Shown: piece after piece, positions 59,901-64,000 of the stretch
Layout: the number at the start of each line of letters is the position of its first letter
How positions within the stretch are numbered: position 1 is the first letter of the stretch
NCBI GenBank assembly: GCA_043228905.1
Contig: JBHGNT010000017.1
Location: 12,958,001 to 13,022,000 of the forward strand
Length of the DNA stretch: 64,000 nt
Direction: 5' to 3'
Source of the DNA: Azolla caroliniana
Lineage: Eukaryota; Plantae; Polypodiophyta
Notes under the pieces: generated by a model
The model's input: only the letters and a program-made list of their open reading frames with translations
What the model was told of the DNA's origin: nothing
The model's database searches: none
Program-made: the position numbers and the translations under genes

Positions 59901-61902
59901 AATCAACATACCACACTGCCTCCGATTTGAAAGTGGTCTTCTTCATCGAGTTAGCCTCGTGTTTCATCACCAAGGTTGGCCCTTTACCAGCTTTTCCGGT
60001 TTTGGATCCTCCCGATCCTTCTACGTAGTGCGAGTATTGCCGGTTCTCTCTACCAGATTCGGATTTGTCCGAATCGGCGCGCTTCTTCTAGCACTCGATT
60101 TCTCTATGGCCCTTTTTACCACAATGCCAGCATTCTGTGGCGGATTTGTCTTGCCGGCTTACAGTGCCGCCTTGACTCCCCCTGGTTGTGGAGGTCCCGG
60201 AACTGCTATCGGCACGGTCTTTGTGCCGTCGGTCTTGCGCTTGCCGGCTGTCTCCATTGCGTGCCGACCCGCCTCATCCACCACACCCACGGGGCCAATC
60301 CACCTCCGTATACAGCATCCGGCTATCGATGGGTGCACTTGTTGACGCACCGGCGTGGTTCTCCTCTACAAGGAGCATCGACTATAAGTCGAAAAATGAT
60401 GGCATATTCTCCCTAAACATATTATTGTCCGGAAAGCTCGGAACTTAGACGTCAGGCCCCAAAGACAGACCTGTACCATCTCGTCTTCCTCTACTGTGAC
60501 GTTGATAGAGGCAAGTGAGTCACAAATCTATATGATTCGGGCCGTGTAATCAGCCACCGACATGTCCTTCTGTTGGACATTGCTCAACTCCTGTCGGAGT
60601 TGTCGTGCTTGCGGCGAACACCTTCTTCAGGTTTCCCCAAGCCTCTTTCGGCATTTTGGCATCTCGAACGTGGCTCAGCAGCTGGTCTCCGACACTGGAC
60701 ACAAAGCAGTACATCACTCTGGTTGCCGATTTCTCCCACACCGGGAAGTCCTTGTGTGCCGCATCAGGCGCTGTGTCGTTAGCTCCGTCGACATAGCTCT
60801 AGTAACCATGCCCCAGCAGGTACTGGTGCATCTTATATGACCAAGATGCGTAGTTGGATCTGTCGAGCTTCTCCACCGGGAGCGAGCTAGCCATTCTCTA
60901 TCCATTTGTTTTTTTTTCTGTTTTTTAAAAGGGATAGGTTTTCTTCTTGCGAAAGCGAATGTCGATTGTAGAGGTTCTCAACCCTCGCGCTCTGATACCA
61001 TATAGAAAACAAATAGCGTGCGAAAGCAATAGAGCACAAAAAACAGGTTTAATGGAGAGCTTAACAGTACGCGGGAGAGACAGAGAGAGAGAGAGAGAGC
61101 ACACAGAAACTTAATTCACAAATACTACTCAGTTTGTACATTGTATGTGTTCAGTGAACACTTTTATACAAGTCCATACGGACTGACAGAAGTATGGTGT
61201 ACTTCAATGCTCACACGAGCATCTGACACTAACTACGAGATATTAACTCCCTAGTAGACTAGCTGTTACTTGGCTTCCGGTTACTGCTTGATCCAGCTAA
61301 CCAGCTCCCTAGCTCAACGGCTCACTTGCTCACCAGCTCACCGATCCGGCTCATCCTTCCGAATGTTGATCTGGCTCAGGCTTATTCAGCCGATCCAGAT
61401 CAGGTTGAGCTTGCCGCTCAACAAAAAGTACATGCAATTTTTTGCAAGACATGAACCCAATGTTGCATATTGCCAAAGAAAATGTCAAGACAACTCAAGA
61501 TTGTGCTCGATTTTATGCTAATCAGGATAGACGTGCTCGTGCATTTACTATTGGTCAAAAAGTTTTTTTGCGTGTCCCTACTAACTCTACGTCATTGTCT
61601 ACGAGCAAGTGCGCTAAGTTAGCCCCACGATATTGTGGCCCATTTGAAATCCTTAAGCGGGTTGGGTCATTTTCTCATCACCTTGCCTTACCCCGTAATG
61701 TTGGTATTCATCTTGTTTTTCACGTCAGTCATCTAAAACCATTTTTAGGCTCTGGTGATAACACCATCACAATCCAAGATCTTGTAACATTAGAGGATTT
61801 TTCTTACAAACCTCATGTTCCTAAACGAATTCTTGATTCTCATACTAAATGTTTACGTTATAAAGAGATTCGGCTATTCAAGATCAAATGGATGGATAGA
61901 TA

Positions 61903-62467
61903 TGTTAACCGTTTCTAGAGAAGACACCTTCGATGAGCCCACAGGCTATCGGCATCAAGGGGTCGTGTTACGTAAAGGCTTCTTCTACATCGAGAAGACG
62001 TTAGGAGAACGAGGAGCGTACACGGGCTACAATCCGGTAGACGTAGACGTAGCTAGGATTACGAGTACGGGAAGATCACACAGATGAAGGCATAGTAATA
62101 GCGAGACTTATATTAAATGAGAAAGCTCACAATGAATACAATACACGGCTCTCGGCCGGAACAGTTTTGTGCAGAGCTAAGTGCTACTATATTAATCCTG
62201 CTAATAATCTAGGGATCTCCCTCACTTGAGGTATGCAGGTCTCGGCATATATAGTTTTCTTCTTTACACAGAGCCGAGCCGTTAGCTGATTGTGAGGGCT
62301 CAAAACTCGACTATTTTAGTTCTACCTATTTCCTCACCTACTTTTCTACCTACCAGCGAGTTTACATATTTTGTATTTATATTTCTGGCCTGTGGACAAA
62401 ACCTAGCATGCCCGTGGGATAGGACTTTGTCCGTCAAACCCACGATTCACAAAGTGGAGGGATAACA
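61903..62467. mobile_element. Probable LTR (TGTTA..TAACA) interrupting the chromodomain
   Basis: Abrupt end of the chromodomain homology at TGTTAACC; matching terminal inverted pentamer; no TSD, PBS or PPT confirmed. Confidence 0.45.
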
Positions 62468-63363
62468 ACGGATTTTGCCAAAAAAAATTACAAAATTGCC
62501 CTTTTATACAAGGGGCTTACGGGTTTGTTTTAATCCTCTTCTAATATGCCGAGGATATCCTTGGGGGTGTGGGGTTAGTCAGGTTGTACGGAAGGCGGGG
62601 TTGGTGATGGGGATTTTGCTGCCGAGTCCAAGATGGTTGTGTATTCGCGTGGGCCGTGCTCTATTGGTTCTGGTTCTGGGAGGGTTGTGGTCGTAGTTTG
62701 TTGCTCGGTTGTGATGTGGGTGTCTGTAGGGGCAGTTCCCTCCTGTCTGGCTTCCGTAGTGGTGTTGTTGTTGGCTCTGGTTCGTGGTCATCAGTCGTGG
62801 GAGCTCTGTTAGTCATGGTAGCTAAGCGTTCCTCCTCGTAAGCTTCAGCTTCTAAACAGAACATCATTTGATCGTCGTTGAATTCCTCTAGAAGTTGCTC
62901 GATTGTCGCGGTGTGGGATTTCGCTAAGGTATGATATTCCTCGGTCAAGTCTTCACGAAGGTTCTGGATGCTGGTCTCATCCATCTTGTAGAACCCTCAG
63001 CCCTCCTTCTTTTGGTTCTCGGCATCCGCGCTTAATATGTGTAGTTCAGCGGCTTGGGCTGACCATTCCTGCCATACGCAGTCGAGAGATTCCTTGATCT
63101 TCTTGGTGAGGTGTTGGCGATATTTGTTGATCAGGATCTCTTTATTCTCGTATCGTCCATGCCAATTTGAGCTCGGTAAGCTTCCACTTCCTCCCTTGCG
63201 ACCTTGGCGTCTTCTTGGCATTTGCGGACGAGGAGCTCAAGAGTAGCTTGGTTATCCTTTGCTTTTGCGGTTACGAGTGCGATTGTCTACTCGTAACGTT
63301 TGGTGAGTTGAGCCGCAGTTTCGTCCACTTCCTTTCTCCAAGCGTCCCGTTACCGTTCCCTAG

Positions 63364-64000
63364 TGCAGAAAGTAGCGTGCGGAAGCAAGTATGAAGACAA
63401 AACAGAGGAAGGAAACTCAGGTTCAATGGAGAGCTTAGGCTTACACGGTATACGCGGGAGAGACTGAGAGAGAAACACAAAAACTATATTTCACAATAAT
63501 ACTCAATCTCTATACATAAGACGTGCTCAGTGAGCACTTTTATACAAGTCCTAAAAGGACTGACTGAAGTACTGACAGTACTTCAATGCTCATCAAGAGC
63601 CCCTACACTAACTCCCAAATATATTCCTCACGGAATATCTTTCCTAACGACCTCCCGGTTTACGCACTCGGCCTAACCGATCGGTCCCAACCGATCCGGT
63701 CCTTGGCTTCTTCAGTCGATCCGGCCGATGTTGAGCTTGTCTCTCAACACTCCCCCTCAAGCTCAACTTGAGGCTCTTCGGGATCTTCACAGCACCGGTT
63801 CCTCCTGGCTTCACGCCTCGCTCGCGCTCCTCGACCTGTTCGACTCCGCGCGCTTCGACCCTTCTGGTCGTCTTGTCTGCTCATGCGGCCCTTATCAGCT
63901 CTTTTGCGGTGTTGACGCTTCTTCTGCTGCCTTTTCTTCCGCTTGGGCCTCAGTTGATTCAGCATGTCTGAATCAAACATCCGAACCGACTCGGCTACCT
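63364..64000 (-). mobile_element. 3' LTR (63364-63749), PPT and 3' internal end of another Copia that continues beyond the window
   Basis: Similar to the LTRs at 18769-19179 and 61001-61423; CTCCCCCTCAAGCTCAACTTGAGG follows, as at 52567. Confidence 0.88.

Larger units (their letters stand above)
51458..61423 (-). mobile_element. Degenerate Ty1/Copia element inserted in the chromovirus integrase
   Basis: LTRs 61001-61423 and 51458-52566 (the latter interrupted); TSD GAAAG/AAAAG; iMet PBS 60989-61000; PPT 52567-52574; RT LYVDDLV at 57532-58533. Confidence 0.92.
35738..61902 (+). mobile_element. Chromovirus-type Ty3/Gypsy element, degenerate, host to nested Copia insertions; 3' end interrupted in the chromodomain
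   Basis: 5' LTR 35738-36205 and iMet PBS at 36207; gag 37792-38205 continuing 48055-48850 (CAYCKKRGHIKVTC, protease FLFDSGSSHNF); RT 48831-50144 (FLDDIL); RNase H; integrase 50829-51457 continuing 61429-61902 (APRYCGPF, chromodomain start PKRILDSH..FKIKW). Confidence 0.9.

Noticed and set aside
62661-63300. Minus-strand ORF fragments as a host gene
   Set aside because: No recognisable domain, interrupted frames, and flanked by LTR-like sequence; probably internal to a transposable element

Overview
This is eukaryotic DNA from a heavily methylated plant genome, most likely a non-seed plant (inferred from the transposable element lineages and from frequent CGA>TGA and CAG>TAG stops). It consists almost entirely of nested transposable elements, and I found no host gene. 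Main contents: (1) A 14.2 kb Sola2-type DNA transposon (20360-34537; 25-bp TIRs, TTCT TSD). It carries a spliced transposase and a convergent spliced cargo gene encoding a RING-H2 finger, with an FCP1/HAD-like pseudophosphatase ORF downstream that probably belongs to the same gene. Its non-coding parts are filled with AGCTAATTAGCT palindrome arrays, a telobox array and an 83-bp array. (2) Two copies of a gag-only LTR element (8750-12305, 30687-34262) with a tRNA-Trp PBS, 4-bp ACGC/GCGT TSDs, a tRNA-like A/B-box module and a terminal hairpin in the LTR. A degraded autonomous Gypsy relative (1127-5690) and other TGTCGT-type LTRs lie nearby. (3) An Athila/Tat-like Gypsy with a 3' extra ORF. (4) A chromovirus Gypsy holding several nested Copia elements, including one intact, very young Copia (38501-43804) and an internally deleted Copia with a chimeric gag (53351-56933).
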